From Octopus bimaculoides (lineage: Eukaryota): a DNA stretch of 41,392 nucleotides. Below the pieces are notes generated by a model. That model did not search any database and was not told the DNA's origin. It saw only the letters and a list, made by a program, of their open reading frames with translations. Where the stretch lies: NCBI RefSeq assembly GCF_001194135.2, contig NC_068994.1, positions 56,741,623-56,783,014 of the forward strand, given 5' to 3'. Positions 1 to 12,797 of this stretch are shown here, piece after piece. The number at the start of each line of letters is the position of its first letter. Position 1 is the stretch's first letter. The translations under genes were made by a program, and so were the position numbers.

Positions 1-210
1 GATATACGTGTGTTCGGGCACACATACATACACACACAAACGAACTGACGTTTAAGCACAAATATACGCGGAAATTCGCGCGCATATACATATATACACA
101 CTTTCGGACTTTATAAACGACCAACGTACGAAGATGACATATACAACAACATTCATAGTCGCGCTAACAAGTAATATATGCGTATGAGTACACTCTGTTG
201 GTCTAATGCG

Positions 211-233
211 AATGTGCATGTGTGTGTGTGTGC

Positions 234-277
<44 letters not shown>

Positions 278-321
278 NNNNNNNNNNNNNNNNNNNNNNN
301 NNNNNNNNNNNNNNNNNNNNN

Positions 322-369
<48 letters not shown>

Positions 370-583
370 TGCGTATATAATATATACATACATATATATA
401 GATGTATAATCTCCATATACATACCTATATACATACACACACATACATACATATATGTATTCATGCCACACATGATGTTAAACCATGTGACTCCCAACAA
501 ATACGCTACAACACAGTAAAGTCTATAAATACATACATACAGACATAAACACATACATAAATACATACACACAAACAGATACA

Positions 584-628
<45 letters not shown>

Positions 629-700
629 GTGTGTAACTCCGAGGTATAGATCCATGCATACATATAGAGATACATAGACACGTAAGGGTCCCAGATTGAA
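211..700. repeat. Compound (GT)n/(TA)n/(TACA)n microsatellite field with N-gap 278-321
   Basis: Direct dinucleotide and tetranucleotide arrays; source of the YIYI/HTHT ORFs. Confidence 0.95.
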
Positions 701-1574
701 GATCATAAATATTTCTAATTCGACAAGAACGCACAACATGAAAGATCACAGTGTAAAAGGCATTATTAACCAAAGAACCATTTCTCACAGAGTCAGAATT
801 CCTAAATTCCAAAGCGGAAGCGATCATTTATAGTTTTGATACACCAAATAAATCATTTCCATTTTGGTAGCACTAAATAATGGTGTGCTAGCATGGCTCT
901 GTTTTTAGGAATCTTAATTCGCATTCGTGGTGTTGTTGTTGATACGGTCATATTGCACCATACAACATTCAGAGCTGGGTTAAGACCCATAGATCCCCTA
1001 GGCATATAAAATATCTTGGTTGCCCCGAAATCTATGTAATTCAAAATATATTTGAGAATTTTTCTCCTACACTTTTTAATTTCAAGGTCTTCGATCAGAT
1101 CATCACTGTAATACTGTGAACACTTCGAAATTATATTTCCGATCATGTAAACCACTTTGAATATTATGTTAGCAAGTTTAAAATGGCTTCTTTTGTGTCG
1201 TAAAACGTTTATTATTTTTGTAGTATCCACACTCCCTTAAAACCCTCAGCCCTTTTTTATTTCGCTAAATGGTTTATCCAGATCGGATACATTGGTCAAA
1301 ATGTTCCGGGTACCCATCAATGACAATTTCATTGCGAGTCTAATTAGATTGATGCAGACTGAAAAGAATTCTGTAGGCGCTTATTAATCCTGTAGATTAG
1401 TTTTCTACAGAAAAAATAAGGTCCAAGAGCTTCTTCCGCTTATCTATATGTCTGGTGTTCCAGAAGATCCGGGGTCGGATTAGGGACTGAGAATGTACAG
1501 AGAGAGGAATAAATGGTCCCATTATATTGTATTATTCCGCGAGTCCAACGATTCGGTAGCTACTTTTTTTACAG

Positions 1575-1630
1575 CCACCGAAAAGATGAAAGGCAAAATT
1601 GATACCGGCGTGATTTGAATTCCGAGCGCA
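1575..1630 (-). mobile_element. SINE central-domain fragment (Meta-like family)
   Basis: Reverse complement resembles 'ttcaaat..cgccg..gactttgcctttcatcctttcgg' of the complete copy at 39081-39312. Confidence 0.55.
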
Positions 1631-2227
1631 GCTTGCAGTAACACATAGCGAAATGGAATATATGTGATGCGCAAATAACTCTGGCAATTTTTGTGTGTCT
1701 GTGTNNNNNNNNNNNNNNNNNNNNNNNNNNNNNNNNNNNNNNNNNNNNNNNNNNNNNNNNNNNNNNNNNNNNNNNNNNNNNNNNNNNNNNNNNNNNNNNN
1801 NNNNNNNNNNNNNNNNNNNNNNNNNNNNNNNNNNNNNNNNNNNNNNNNNNNNNNNNNNNNNNNNNNNNNNNNNNNNNNNNNNNNNNNNNNNNNNNNNNNN
1901 NNNNNNNATATATATATATATATATACACTAGCAAACGCACCCGTCTTTTGGACGGCTCAAGTTACTTTGGTGGTATTTTTTTACCAAATAATTGAGCTA
2001 CAGAGAAGGTTTATGGGTAGCACAGCAACCTTTGTCGCAGGTGGACATTATGTTAATAATGCATTGTCTAGTGTTTATGTCGAGATATGTAAAACTGAGA
2101 ATATATGTTCGTATGTATATGTTTTTATGTATATATATAAATTTACATACATATACATACATGCATATATATAAATATATACATATGTCTGCACAGACAA
2201 TGGTGTGTGTGTGTGTACATATATATA

Positions 2228-2239
2228 TAGAGAGAGAGC

Positions 2240-2292
<53 letters not shown>
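2228..2292. repeat. (GA)n/(GATA)n microsatellite
   Basis: Direct tandem GATA units. Confidence 0.95.
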
Positions 2293-3522
2293 TGATTTAC
2301 ATACATATGAAAACAGCAGGTAGCATTCCTGCCTTAAATGCTAATAGTTTGCTACGTCAGTTGTACTTCTAACAAGACCTGATACTTTTATGTTACTGTA
2401 TGATTATCATCTGGACTGTACACGATAATGTGTCAGCTGTTGCGTGCATTCCGTCGCTTATGGAACATAAATCATAGCTTAAAATTGCTACCTATACATG
2501 TGTGTGTGTGTGTGTGTGACTTTCCGTTCGCTCTGCTCATGTGCAGTTATGCTGTCCCTTTACATAGATGTGGGAGTTAAAGATAGTCATTGAGTGAAAC
2601 AGATATTCTTACTGGTTATTAGATTCCTTCTATAATTTGAGGTCAGTCATGTATGATAGACATAAACTGTTTTTCTATTAATATTATAGATGCATCCTGC
2701 TTTGATTCACTTGAAACTCTCGCTGCTCGCTGTCCGTTGTCCGCCGATCGCCGAGCGCTGAAACTCTATCAAATTCTGTCAAGAAATGGACGAGTAAATT
2801 TTCATTTTCATGCTGCGATTTTCTTCCTGATTGTAAGAAAACTGCGCGCCTCTCTCTGTATACATACATACATACATACATACATACATACATACATACA
2901 TACATACATACATAGAAATTTAAAAAGAAATAAGAAAGATATTGATAACTGCTTCGAAACTTCCAGATTCTATATTCAGATTAGTAATTCACATGTTTAC
3001 CAATAATATTTGTGATTCTTGGTTTTGTGAGTAAAGGCCTAACGATAATAAAGCTGGAGTGAAGGACGAGTATACAGTGCGTGTGTTTATTTGGCTAAAG
3101 ACCAAAGAACTTGACCGTCCCAAAATATAGAAAGATAACTCCCATTTTATGAAACCCGTCGAACATTTTGGAATGAATAGCACACTCAGCAACGTTCACC
3201 TAGACTCATTCAAAATCGTGGAGTAATACACATAGGACTCAACGAAAATTTATGAAACAATAATAATGATAAATAATTCGTATCTAAGAATGTGTAGTGA
3301 AGAGAAAACTCCGATTCACCATATTAAAGAAAAATATGAATGTCCTGCCTCATAAATTCCTTCAGTCATAATATATTGTTTCGACAGATAACACAGGACG
3401 TAGGCTGGTCGATTAGGCGGAGGTCCCTTACGGTCAACAAATATACAACGCGTACACACACACACACGCACACATATGTATATATAAAACGTATGTAGTA
3501 GTTATATACAAACATATACATG

Positions 3523-3575
<53 letters not shown>

Positions 3576-4667
3576 NNNNNNNNNNNNNNNNNNNNNNNNN
3601 NNNNNNNNNNNNNNNNNNNNNNNNNNNNNNNNNNNNNNNNNNNNNNNNNNNNNNNNNNNNNNNNNNNNNNNNNNNNNNNNNNNNNNNNNNNNNNNNNNNN
3701 NNNNNNNNNNNNNNNNNNNNNNNNNNNNNNNNNNNNNNNNNNNNNNNNNNNNNNNNNNNNNNNNNNNNNNNNNNNNNNNNNNNNNNNNNNNNNNNNNNNN
3801 NNNNNNNNNNNNNNNNNNNNNNNNNNNNNNNNNNNNNNNNNNNNNNNNNNNNNNNNNNNNNNNNNNNNNNNNNNNNNNNNNNNNNNNNNNNNNNNNNNNN
3901 NNNNNNNNNNNNNNNNNNNNNNNNNNNNNNNNNNNNNNNNNNNNNNNNNNNNNNNNNNNNNNNNNNNNNNNNNNNNNNNNNNNNNNNNNNNNNNNNNNNN
4001 NNNNNNNNNNNNNNNNNNNNNNNNNNNNNNNNNNNNNNNNNNNNNNNNNNNNNNNNNNNNNNNNNNNNNNNNNNNNNNNNNNNNNNNNNNNNNNNNNNNN
4101 NNNNNNNNNNNNNNNNNNNNNNNNNNNNNNNNNNNNNNNNNNNNNNNNNNNNNNNNNNNNNNNNNNNNNNNNNNNNNNNNNNNNNNNNNNNNNNNNNNNN
4201 NNNNNNNNNNNNNNNNNNNNNNNNNNNNNNNNNNNNNNNNNNNNNNNNNNNNNNNNNNNNNNNNNNNNNNNNNNNNNNNNNNNNNNNNNNNNNNNNNNNN
4301 NNNNNNNNNNNNNNNNNNNNNNNNNNNNNNNNNNNNNNNNNNNNNNNNNNNNNNNNNNNNNNNNNNNNNNNNNNNNNNNNNNNNNNNNNNNNNNNNNNNN
4401 NNNNNNNNNNNNNNNNNNNNNNNNNNNNNNNNNNNNNNNNNNNNNNNNNNNNNNNNNNGTTCTCAACTGGGGTCCACATAACACTTTGGGTTTCCGTATA
4501 AGAATTTATGTCCAATGAATTGGTTATGCTTTTACAAAGCACAAAATATTTTAACACTATTTAATAAAAAAAAAAAAGGAATGCCGCAAAACATTATGTC
4601 AGAAGCGCTAACGATTCCTAGGAGCTCACCGTCTTAATAAACCTTTCTAGAATAGTCAAATTTTAAG

Positions 4668-4819
4668 GGAGTGGGCTATTCGGACACATTGATTCCTGTG
4701 CTCAACCAGTATTTATTTAATCGATCCCGAAAGAATGAAAGGCAAAATCGGCGGAATTTGAACTGAGAACGTAAAGAACTGGAAGAAAAAAGAAAAAGCT
4801 AAGCATTTTGCTCGATGTG
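4668..4819 (-). mobile_element. tRNA-derived SINE (Meta-like family), 5'-truncated by the adjacent MITE
   Basis: 'cccgaaagaatgaaaggcaaaatcggcggaatttgaactgagaacgta...gctaagcattt' is the reverse complement of the SINE body at 39081-39312. Confidence 0.8.
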
Positions 4820-5062
4820 CAGTAATCCCTCGACTATCACGGGTATTAAATTCCACCCATCACCCCCGCCGTGATAGGTGAAAATCTGCAAAGTAGAGAC
4901 AGTACTGTACTGTATATTTATTATTATTATTTTTATAATCAGTATATATTCATTTTATTATAAATGCAAAACAACACCGCAGAGGAATCGACCTAAGCTT
5001 AAGTAATAAACCGCGATAGGTGAACCGCGATAGGTGAACCGCGATATAGCGAGTGATTATTG
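4820..5062. mobile_element. Tigger/pogo-like (Tc1/mariner) MITE
   Basis: Imperfect TIRs: left cagtaatccctcgactatcacgg; right, reverse-complemented, caataatcactcgctatatcgcgg. Subterminal 14-bp aaccgcgataggtg duplication at 5009-5046. TA target-site duplication not preserved. Confidence 0.7.
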
Positions 5063-6026
5063 TCCTTATTCTTCTGTCAGTTCCCTGCCACCTTTTTCTT
5101 TTTTCTTTTTGCGTCTCAAAACTAATAAAAGTTATTTTTTAACACGAAACACTGAATCACATATTTGAAATTTCTGCAAAGTCACCTCAAAATATTTATC
5201 AACGAAACATATTTTAGATTAACACGAAATTTATCATTGCAATATCTTTCGAAATGGAAAAAGAAATTCTTCCTTGGAATTAACGTGTAGAACATTATGA
5301 CTCTCATCTAATACCAGGGTGCTTGCGATGTGACACGTATCGTTTCNNNNNNNNNNNNNNNNNNNNNNNNNNNNNNNNNNNNNNNNNNNNNNNNNNNNNN
5401 NNNNNNNNNNNNNNNNNNNNNNNNNNNNNNNNNNNNNNNNNNNNNNNNNNNNNNNNNNNNNNNNNNNNNNNNNNNNNNNNNNNNNNNNNNNNNNNNNNNN
5501 NNNNNNNNNNNNNNNNNNNNNNNNNNNNNNNNNNNNNNNNNNNNNNNNNNNNNNNNNNNNNNNNNNNNNNNNNNNNNNNNNNNNNNNNNNNNNNNNNNNN
5601 NNNNNNNNNNNNNNNNNNNNNNNNNNNNNNNNNNNNNNNNNNNNNNNNNNNNNNNNNNNNNNNNNNNNNNNNNNNNNNNNNNNNNNNNNNNNNNNNNNNN
5701 NNNNNNNNNNNNNNNNNNNNNNNNNNNNNNNNNNNNNNNNNNNNNNNNNNNNNNNNNNNNNNNNNNNNNNNNNNNNNNNNNNNNNNNNNNNNNNNNNNNN
5801 NNNNNNNNNNNNNNNNNNNNNNNNNNNNNNNNNNNNNNNNNNNNNNNNNNNNNNNNNNNNNNNNNNNNNNNNNNNNNNNNNNNNNNNNNNNNNNNNNNNN
5901 NNNNNNNNNNNNNNNNNNNNNNNNNNNNNNNNNNNNNNNNNNNNNNNNNNNNNNNNNNNNNNNNNNNNNNNNNNNNNNNNNNNNNNNNNNNNNNNNNNNN
6001 NNNNNNNNNNNNNNNNNNNNNNNNNN

Positions 6027-6059
<33 letters not shown>

Positions 6060-6439
6060 CGTATATCTATAATATTTGCATACACACACGTATGTGAGTA
6101 CATATTTATATATACATATATACACATATGTATACACATATATATACACACATACATTAATATATTTATGAATAAGCATTCCCAGATGCAAACACACAGA
6201 CATACACGATTTAGAGTTACAAACACACGCATCCTTACTCAGAAATTCCATACATTTTGATAAATGTGATGTGTCGCCTCTTCTTCCTTCTTCGTTGACA
6301 AACTAAATATTTAAATAGACACGGACGCCGATGCCTGCACACGCGCCTCAGGTTTTATACATAAGTGTTTGCGCTTATATATGCGTGTAATGTATGTGCA
6401 TGTATTAGTGTATATGTATGTGTATATGGGGATATAATT

Positions 6440-6725
6440 GTATGTGGCTTAGTGGTTAGGGTGCTCGGCACGCGACCGCAACGTCGTCGCTTCGATTCCC
6501 GGCGAAGCGTTATGTTCTTCAACAAGACACTTGATTTCACGTTGCTCCAGTCCACTCAGCTGGCAAATATGAGTAGTACCTGTAATTCAACGGATCCAAC
6601 AGTGTCACACTCTCTGTCACGCTAAATCTCCCCGAGTGCTACGTTAATGATACACATGTCTGTGGAGTGCTCAGCCACATGCTCATTAATTTCATGTGCA
6701 GGATGTTCCATTGTTCGGATCAACT
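6440..6725 (+). mobile_element. tRNA-headed SINE whose 3' half is shared with the 31741 copy
   Basis: A-box-like tggcttagtggttagg and B-box-like gcttcgattccc; 3' part 'gtcacgct..ccccgag..ctacgttaa...gtggagtgctcagccac...cggatcaact' matches 31965-32075. Confidence 0.8.
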
Positions 6726-7234
6726 AATTACATATTTGTGTGTGCGTGTATGTATGTATGTATATATATATATATATATNNNNNNNNNNNNNNNNNNNNN
6801 NNNNNNNNNNNNNNNNNNNNNNNNNNNNNNNNNNNNNNNNNNNNNNNNNNNNNNNNNNNNNNNNNNNNNNNNNNNNNNNNNNNNNNNNNNNNNNNNNNNN
6901 NNNNNNNNNNNNNNNNNNNNNNNNNNNNNNNNNNNNNNNNNNNNNNNNNNNNNNNNNNNNNNNNNNNNNNNNNNNNNNNNNNNNNNNNNNNNNNNNNNNN
7001 NNNNNNNNNNNNNNNNNNNNNNNNNNNNNNNNNNNNNNNNNNNNNNNNNNNNNNNNNNNNNNNNNNNNNNNNNNNNNNNNNNNNNNNNNNNNNNNNNNNN
7101 NNNNNNNNNNNNNNNNNNNNNNNNNNNNNNNNNNNNNNNNNNNNNNNNNNNNNNNNNNNNNNNNNNNNNNNNNNNNNNNNNNNNNNNNNNNNNNNNNNNN
7201 NNNNNNNNNNNNNNNNNNNNNNNNNNNNNNNNNN

Positions 7235-7277
<43 letters not shown>

Positions 7278-8339
7278 CATACATACGTGTGTGCGTGTGT
7301 GTATTCATTTATGCATATATGAATGTGTATACATATGAATATATGTGTATTTAATGAACTTACGTTGGACAAGATTAATAAAATGACGTTAGTACAGAAA
7401 TACATACATAAAATATGTAAATTTCTCGACCGTGTTTTCTTTCATAATTACTTTCTTGTTAACAAACAGTCATTTGTTTACATTAAAAATTAGAGTCTTT
7501 AATTATATGTTCGTTTGTTTCTTTTTCATATGTTAGTGTATTTATTTTGATTTGGTGTTTATGTTTTTAATATTTATTCATTTATTATGCATTTTTAATA
7601 TTTATTTATATTTTATTTATCGTTTTTTATGTTTGCTTAATTGGAAAACATAACATTACATCAAAAGAAGAAGTAGATGCTGAAGAAGGAGAAGAAGATG
7701 ATGATTATGATGTTGTTGACAACGACGACGACGATGATGATGATTATGATGTCGAAATGACGTTGACGCCGATGGTCATGCTGATAATGGTATCTATAAT
7801 GACGATGTGATGAATACATTTATATCTCTTACTGGGTAGTGTTGGCCAGAATATAACTGCATTTAATACCAGTGTACTGTCAGGTAGCACCTCCTGCAAA
7901 ATCTCATCCACTTTGTAAATTAGAAAGAAGTTTCTGTCGAAGTTGCTTAGTTTAGTGCCTACACTCGGAGATCATCTCTGACTTTTGTTGCATGACTGAG
8001 AAGGTAGCATGGATATGTTCCATTTCCCATGCAACTGACCTGGACAACAGTATAGTAGTATACTGACCAACACTATCCAAATCTGACCAATACTGATAAA
8101 CAACCACCATATGTATCGATAGATCCCTACGCATTATGTAATCGATAATTGAGACGTTTAAAATAAAATTTCGAAAATGCTAAATGTCAAACAGACAGTC
8201 GAGAGAAGGAAATTCTGACTGTGTGGGAAAACTCGGAGTAGAGACAAGGGGAGCCTAAGATATATATAACACTATGTGTGTGTGAGAGAGAGAGAGTGAG
8301 AAAGAGAGAAAGGGATAGAGAGTGTGAAGAGAGGGGGGA

Positions 8340-8410
8340 CAGAACCGCGAAGTCACGGGGACGGGGGTTGCAAACACACCCACACCGGTTGTCAAGCGTT
8401 GAAGGACAAA
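8340..8410 (-). mobile_element. SINE 3' fragment (CORE-like family)
   Basis: Reverse complement 'cgcttgacaaccggtgtggg...ccccgtgacttcgcggttc' matches 27080-27135 and 35875-35900. Confidence 0.6.
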
Positions 8411-8685
8411 CACAAGCACAAAACACGCTTATATCTATATCTTTATCTATCTCTATATCTATAGTAAACAGATGAAATCCAGAGATTTTTGGTATAGAGC
8501 TCAAATGGTTCGAATTTAGACTGTGATGTTTTTATGAGGGAACAATTCTGTGGGGGTAAAGTGTTACTATAAGAGGAACCAAGGTGATCCGATATGGAGG
8601 CAATTATGCAGATAAAAGAATTAATTCAAACCCAAGATATTATATTTAATTTGTTATCCGCATCTTTGCCCCTCCCTTCTCTCTC

Positions 8686-8717
<32 letters not shown>

Positions 8718-8722
<5 letters not shown>

Positions 8723-8875
8723 GACGTGCTTCTTTCAGTTTCCCTCTACCAAATCAACTCAAAAGGCTTTGGTCGGCCTGACGCTATAATAAAAGACATT
8801 TGCCCAAGTTGCCACGCTGTGGGACCGAACCCAAGACCATATGGTTAGGAAGAAAATTTCTTACCATAGAAGCCT
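8718..8875 (-). mobile_element. SINE 5' half (CORE-like family)
   Basis: Reverse complement aligns to the head and central part of the 35625 copy (cttgggcaa.tgtctt..attatagc...accaaagcc...gatttggtagagggaaactgaaagaagc). Confidence 0.8.
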
Positions 8876-9133
8876 CAATAACCGTTATTAGTTCCATCCA
8901 CGTCTTTCTTTAAATGGCTTTTAAATCTTGCAGTCTAATAATTATGCTTATTTCATACGATAAGTTAAAGAAGAAAGTTGCAAGTGAGAGGTGAAAAGTG
9001 GTATAACGAGCTTGCTTTACATACGGCTTTTATATTAAAACTAGGTTATAGCATATCTTATGAATGCAGCACAATTCTGTTGAATTGGATTTCAGTGGAT
9101 AATGCAATAGGATGATGGGTAACGCTTTGTTCG

Positions 9134-9137
<4 letters not shown>

Positions 9138-9213
<76 letters not shown>
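9138..9213. repeat. (CT)n microsatellite
   Basis: Direct tandem CT. Confidence 0.97.
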
Positions 9214-9216
<3 letters not shown>

Positions 9217-9859
9217 TGTCTCTCTTTGTGTGTGTGTGTTTATCTCTAACATTCTTGCTTTCTTTCTCTCCATCTCTTTCATCTAGGCATGATAAAAGAT
9301 GGTCCAAACCCATAAAACATTATGCTGTACTAATTCTGTTCAAATGTTATTTTGTAGCAGTGTCCTTGAAGAACGAGTTACTGGTGGATAGCAGTAGAGA
9401 TATAAAAAGGAAAATTAATGGGCAAACTTGTTGGGACAGGTTTCTCTATGGAAAAAGATGAAGCCGTAAAGCAAGATAATTATTGACTGGTAAGCAGATT
9501 GGTAAGTTGATCGATAGTAATATTGTCAACAACACAGTTACAATGGATTTTATAGGAAGATATTAATGTAAAGCGAGATATTACTTTCTGAGTGGTAACA
9601 TCATCAGGCGGTCGAATAGCGGGTACGGTGGTTAATTTCTGCCTTTAATTTTGTTCACGTGTCTTCTTTTGCTGCATGTCATCCACCGAGTAAATTTTAC
9701 TGAGTAACTGAAATCTAATGACTAAACTTCCACCTGGTCAATGGTCCTTGTAGAAATAACAGTTATGCTTTCCTCGAATCACACAAATTCGCCTCTGTGG
9801 TTTTTGAGAGTTCGTTCAGAAGAGTGATTACTGGTTGACCAATCATCTAAGAGAATAAA

Positions 9860-9975
9860 TATTGGTTTCAAAATTTGGCACAAGGCCAGAAATTTAGGGG
9901 GTAGTGGACCAGTCGATTGAATCGGCCAGATTGTTCAACTGGTACTTAAGTTATCGGCTCCCGAAAGGATGAAAT
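9860..9975 (-). mobile_element. SINE 3' half (Meta-like family)
   Basis: 'tttggcacaaggccagaaattt...gtcgatt..atcg...actggtactta...cccgaaaggatgaaa' is the reverse complement of 11730-11820-type sequence. Confidence 0.7.
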
Positions 9976-10120
9976 ACTTTCTGTATTTCACCTTCTCTCA
10001 TCAGAGATCGTGGTTATTGGAATAGAATGTACAATTTCTCCTAATAAATATGATGTATATTATTTTTTTTCTTCTTGTGGTATATGGGACTGAGTTATCT
10101 AGCCCGTAGAAATGCGGTAC

Positions 10121-10190
10121 GTTCAGATTAGTGGTGTCTATCCGTTCAGATTAGTGGTGTCTATCCGTTCAGATTAGTGGTGTCTATCCG
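10121..10190 (+). repeat. 23-bp minisatellite, 3 perfect copies (gttcagattagtggtgtctatcc)
   Basis: Seen directly. Confidence 0.95.
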
Positions 10191-11403
10191 AATAATAGTG
10201 ATCAGCTAATCACACTTGGTTTTAGTCGGCTATTTCACATACTGTACAATTACTCTATGGACGCAATTATTTCTTGTAGTCAATAAATGGATGCGACTGA
10301 CCAGGACTATACAGGGGCAGAACAATTATCACAAAGTAATCTGTCCCACTCTCTAACAACTCTGCCAAGTGACCACGTACTACATGGGATTATAACGAAA
10401 CAAATATTTATCACGCGGTTTTCCTATTCTCTTCAGTATGAAATCGTCTCTGATATATTCGTATATATTTGCATGTTATTCAATTGAATAACGCTTCTTA
10501 GATGATTGCACTTTGAATCGTACATAATAATAATACAAGCATTTCATTTAGTATTGAACTATGCTTGGTTGATTTAAACTAGCACGGATACAAATGTACG
10601 AGTAAATAAATGTACATATGCTTTTTTAAAATAAATACAGTTGATACAATCTCACAGACAACAGGAATATATAAATAACAAAAAGCATTACAGCTGTACA
10701 GGCTGCTGGTTAACTATATCAGATAGTCACAAATACCACACGCTTCGAGATAACAATCACCTGATCAAAGCCGGATATTTATTTATTGATAATTAATTAC
10801 CAAATATTTTTGGAATTAATATCTCCATTTTTCATTTGATGGCATCCAACTTTTTTGCTATAAACTTAAACATCTCAATATGGCCGCCAGACAAGTTGAT
10901 GAAATATATTTCTTTTCCACAACGACACGTATGCACTTTAGCGACCTCGCCTCGTTTTAAAACTTGTCATGGGAATAGAAAACTCATTAAATGCTACACA
11001 TTGCGCCTGTCAAATGTTGGAATTCTCATCTATTTATCAAACAGTGAGGTATTTGATATTCGTCAGGTTGTAGACAATTCATTGACATCAATACTTTTCT
11101 AATTCATATCGAATAACAAAGAAAAAAGAATTGCAAAACAACACCTATGACCAAATGAATTATAAGTATTTCTCTAACCGGAAATGTAATATATTCCAAA
11201 TATTTTTTTAAAAAATATATCTTACATTGATACAATATAGGAAAGTTGTAAAATGAAATTAGACTGAAACCAGTATATCATTGGTACTTATCTTATTGAA
11301 GCCAGGCAAAAACTCGCATAATAAAGTCACGTAATTGAATACTCCTACGCATTTCGTCCTGCGCACCACTTATTTCCTGCTCATAATGATTCCAATATAT
11401 AGA

Positions 11404-11610
11404 TACAAAGAAAAGCGCATTCGGCGGAAGAAGAAATCATCAGCACCGGCAGACAACTCCTTCAAATGCAGTCTCTGTATGCGTGACTGCCACTCCAGTG
11501 TGGACTTCCCCAACTAACACAGACGCTGCTCCACCATCAGCTGCTGACACGATTTCTTTGGGCACAGATCCAGGGCCTCTCGGGACCGACGGAAGCCTAC
11601 TGCTACTATA
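11404..11610 (+). mobile_element. RTE-clade LINE 3' end (C-terminal Cys/His motif, short 3' UTR, tac/cta tail)
   Basis: Translates as KEKRIRRKKKSSAPADNSFKCSLCMRDCHSSV, then after a frameshift HRRCS, resembling the RTE C-x2-C..DCHS.IGL.SH.RRC terminus; ends gggaccgacggaagcctactgctacta. Confidence 0.75.
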
Positions 11611-11659
11611 TAAATGCAATAAGGTGACAGAAGCGTTACAGCACGTGGGGGGAGGGGGA

Positions 11660-11822
11660 AATGCTTAGCGTCATTTTATCCGGCTTTACGTTCTGAGTTC
11701 AAATTCCGCCGAAAATGATTTTTGCCTTTCATCTTTCCGGAATCAACAAGTTCTGGGGTCGATGTAATCGACTTACCCTTTCCCCAGAAATTGCTGGCCT
11801 TGTGCCAAAATTTGAAATCAGT
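11660..11822 (+). mobile_element. tRNA-derived SINE (Meta-like family), 5'-truncated
   Basis: aaatgcttagcg...tacgttctgagttcaaattccgccg...ttgcctttcatc...ggggtcgatgtaatcgact...gctggccttgtgccaaaatttgaa. Confidence 0.85.
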
Positions 11823-11929
11823 GTATATATACAAGAACACTATCTGTCAAATATTACGTATTTTATAGTTTAGTCTGTGAAAGAAGAGCAGCGGCCATAA
11901 ATTATGATTGGGGCTCCAATGTGGATGAG

Positions 11930-12031
11930 GGTTGTTGTTGGCACTCCGTCGCTTACGACGTCGAGGGTTCCAGTTGAATCGATCAACAGAACAGCCTGCT
12001 CGTGAAATTAACGTGCAAGTGGCTGAGCACT
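11930..12031 (-). mobile_element. SINE 3' end (same family as 31741) with (CAA)n tail
   Basis: Reverse complement matches 32020-32103 (cagccact..cacgttaatttcacgagcaggctgtt...ggaaccctcgacgtcgtaagcgacggagt). Confidence 0.85.
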
Positions 12032-12797
12032 GGGCCATTGCATCTCCACGGATGAGGGTTAATCGTGGACAAAAGCCTTAAATCTTGTGTTGCTGTAAGA
12101 AAGAAACACGGTAACAATATATCGTATTATCCTCGGACAATGGAGGTGGGCCGAATACTTGCGCCTGAGTGAACCCCGATAAAGACACCTGAGAGGCAGA
12201 ATGAAACAAGGTCACAGATTAAATTTATTACTCCAGGCGGACACGATCATTCCGGCAGGATTCAATATAGTTTTCGTCTTGACTTGCTCTCACAAGGTTT
12301 TGAATGAATGTGAAGTTTTAGCAGAAGACGTTTTTCCAGTTTTCTCCACTAGGCCAGCGAACGCTGCAATGGATTAAACCATGAACCACGATAACAAATC
12401 GAATATCCTCCCCACCACCACCATCACGTGACCCAGAAAGAGAGATCTGTTGAGAATCAACCTACTTTTAGTTATAGAGTTGTTGTGAGTACTGTAGTAA
12501 GTCAAAGTAAAGCAGTAACAGGTAATTTCAGGTAATTTCAGCAAGTATACTGATGCCAGCAGCTATCTATGAAATATAGATTCAAACACGCACCTGTAAT
12601 TAAGGTACAGTTTCACAAGGTTTCACACAAAGCTTTAATATAGTTCTTTGTTGTAGCAACACATAAAAAAGAGCATTTTCAGTTTTAACACCTCCATGGA
12701 GATCAGATATATCAATAATAAGTTTGAGGTTTCGAATTAAAGTCATACTTGAAGAGTCAATATTTACACCTGAGATATAGGGCAGCCAGCAGTCAGG

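Noticed and set aside
2684-2860. CpG-rich stretch translating as ENENLLVHFLTEFDRVSALGDRR on the minus strand (mariner N-terminus?)
   Set aside because: Similarity too weak, and I could find no TIR or catalytic motif
52-7405. Long ORFs of 139-372 aa in the supplied track (YIYI, CVCV, HTHT, poly-X)
   Set aside because: Produced by stop-free dinucleotide repeats and N-gaps; not coding evidence. The same applies to similar ORFs at 23071-25742, 29185-29883, 32005-33122 and 40675-41139.
7827-7886. Resemblance to miR-8/miR-200 arms (tcttactgggtagtgttgg ... tactgtcaggta)
   Set aside because: The seed TAATACTG is not contiguous and the two parts do not pair into a pre-miRNA hairpin
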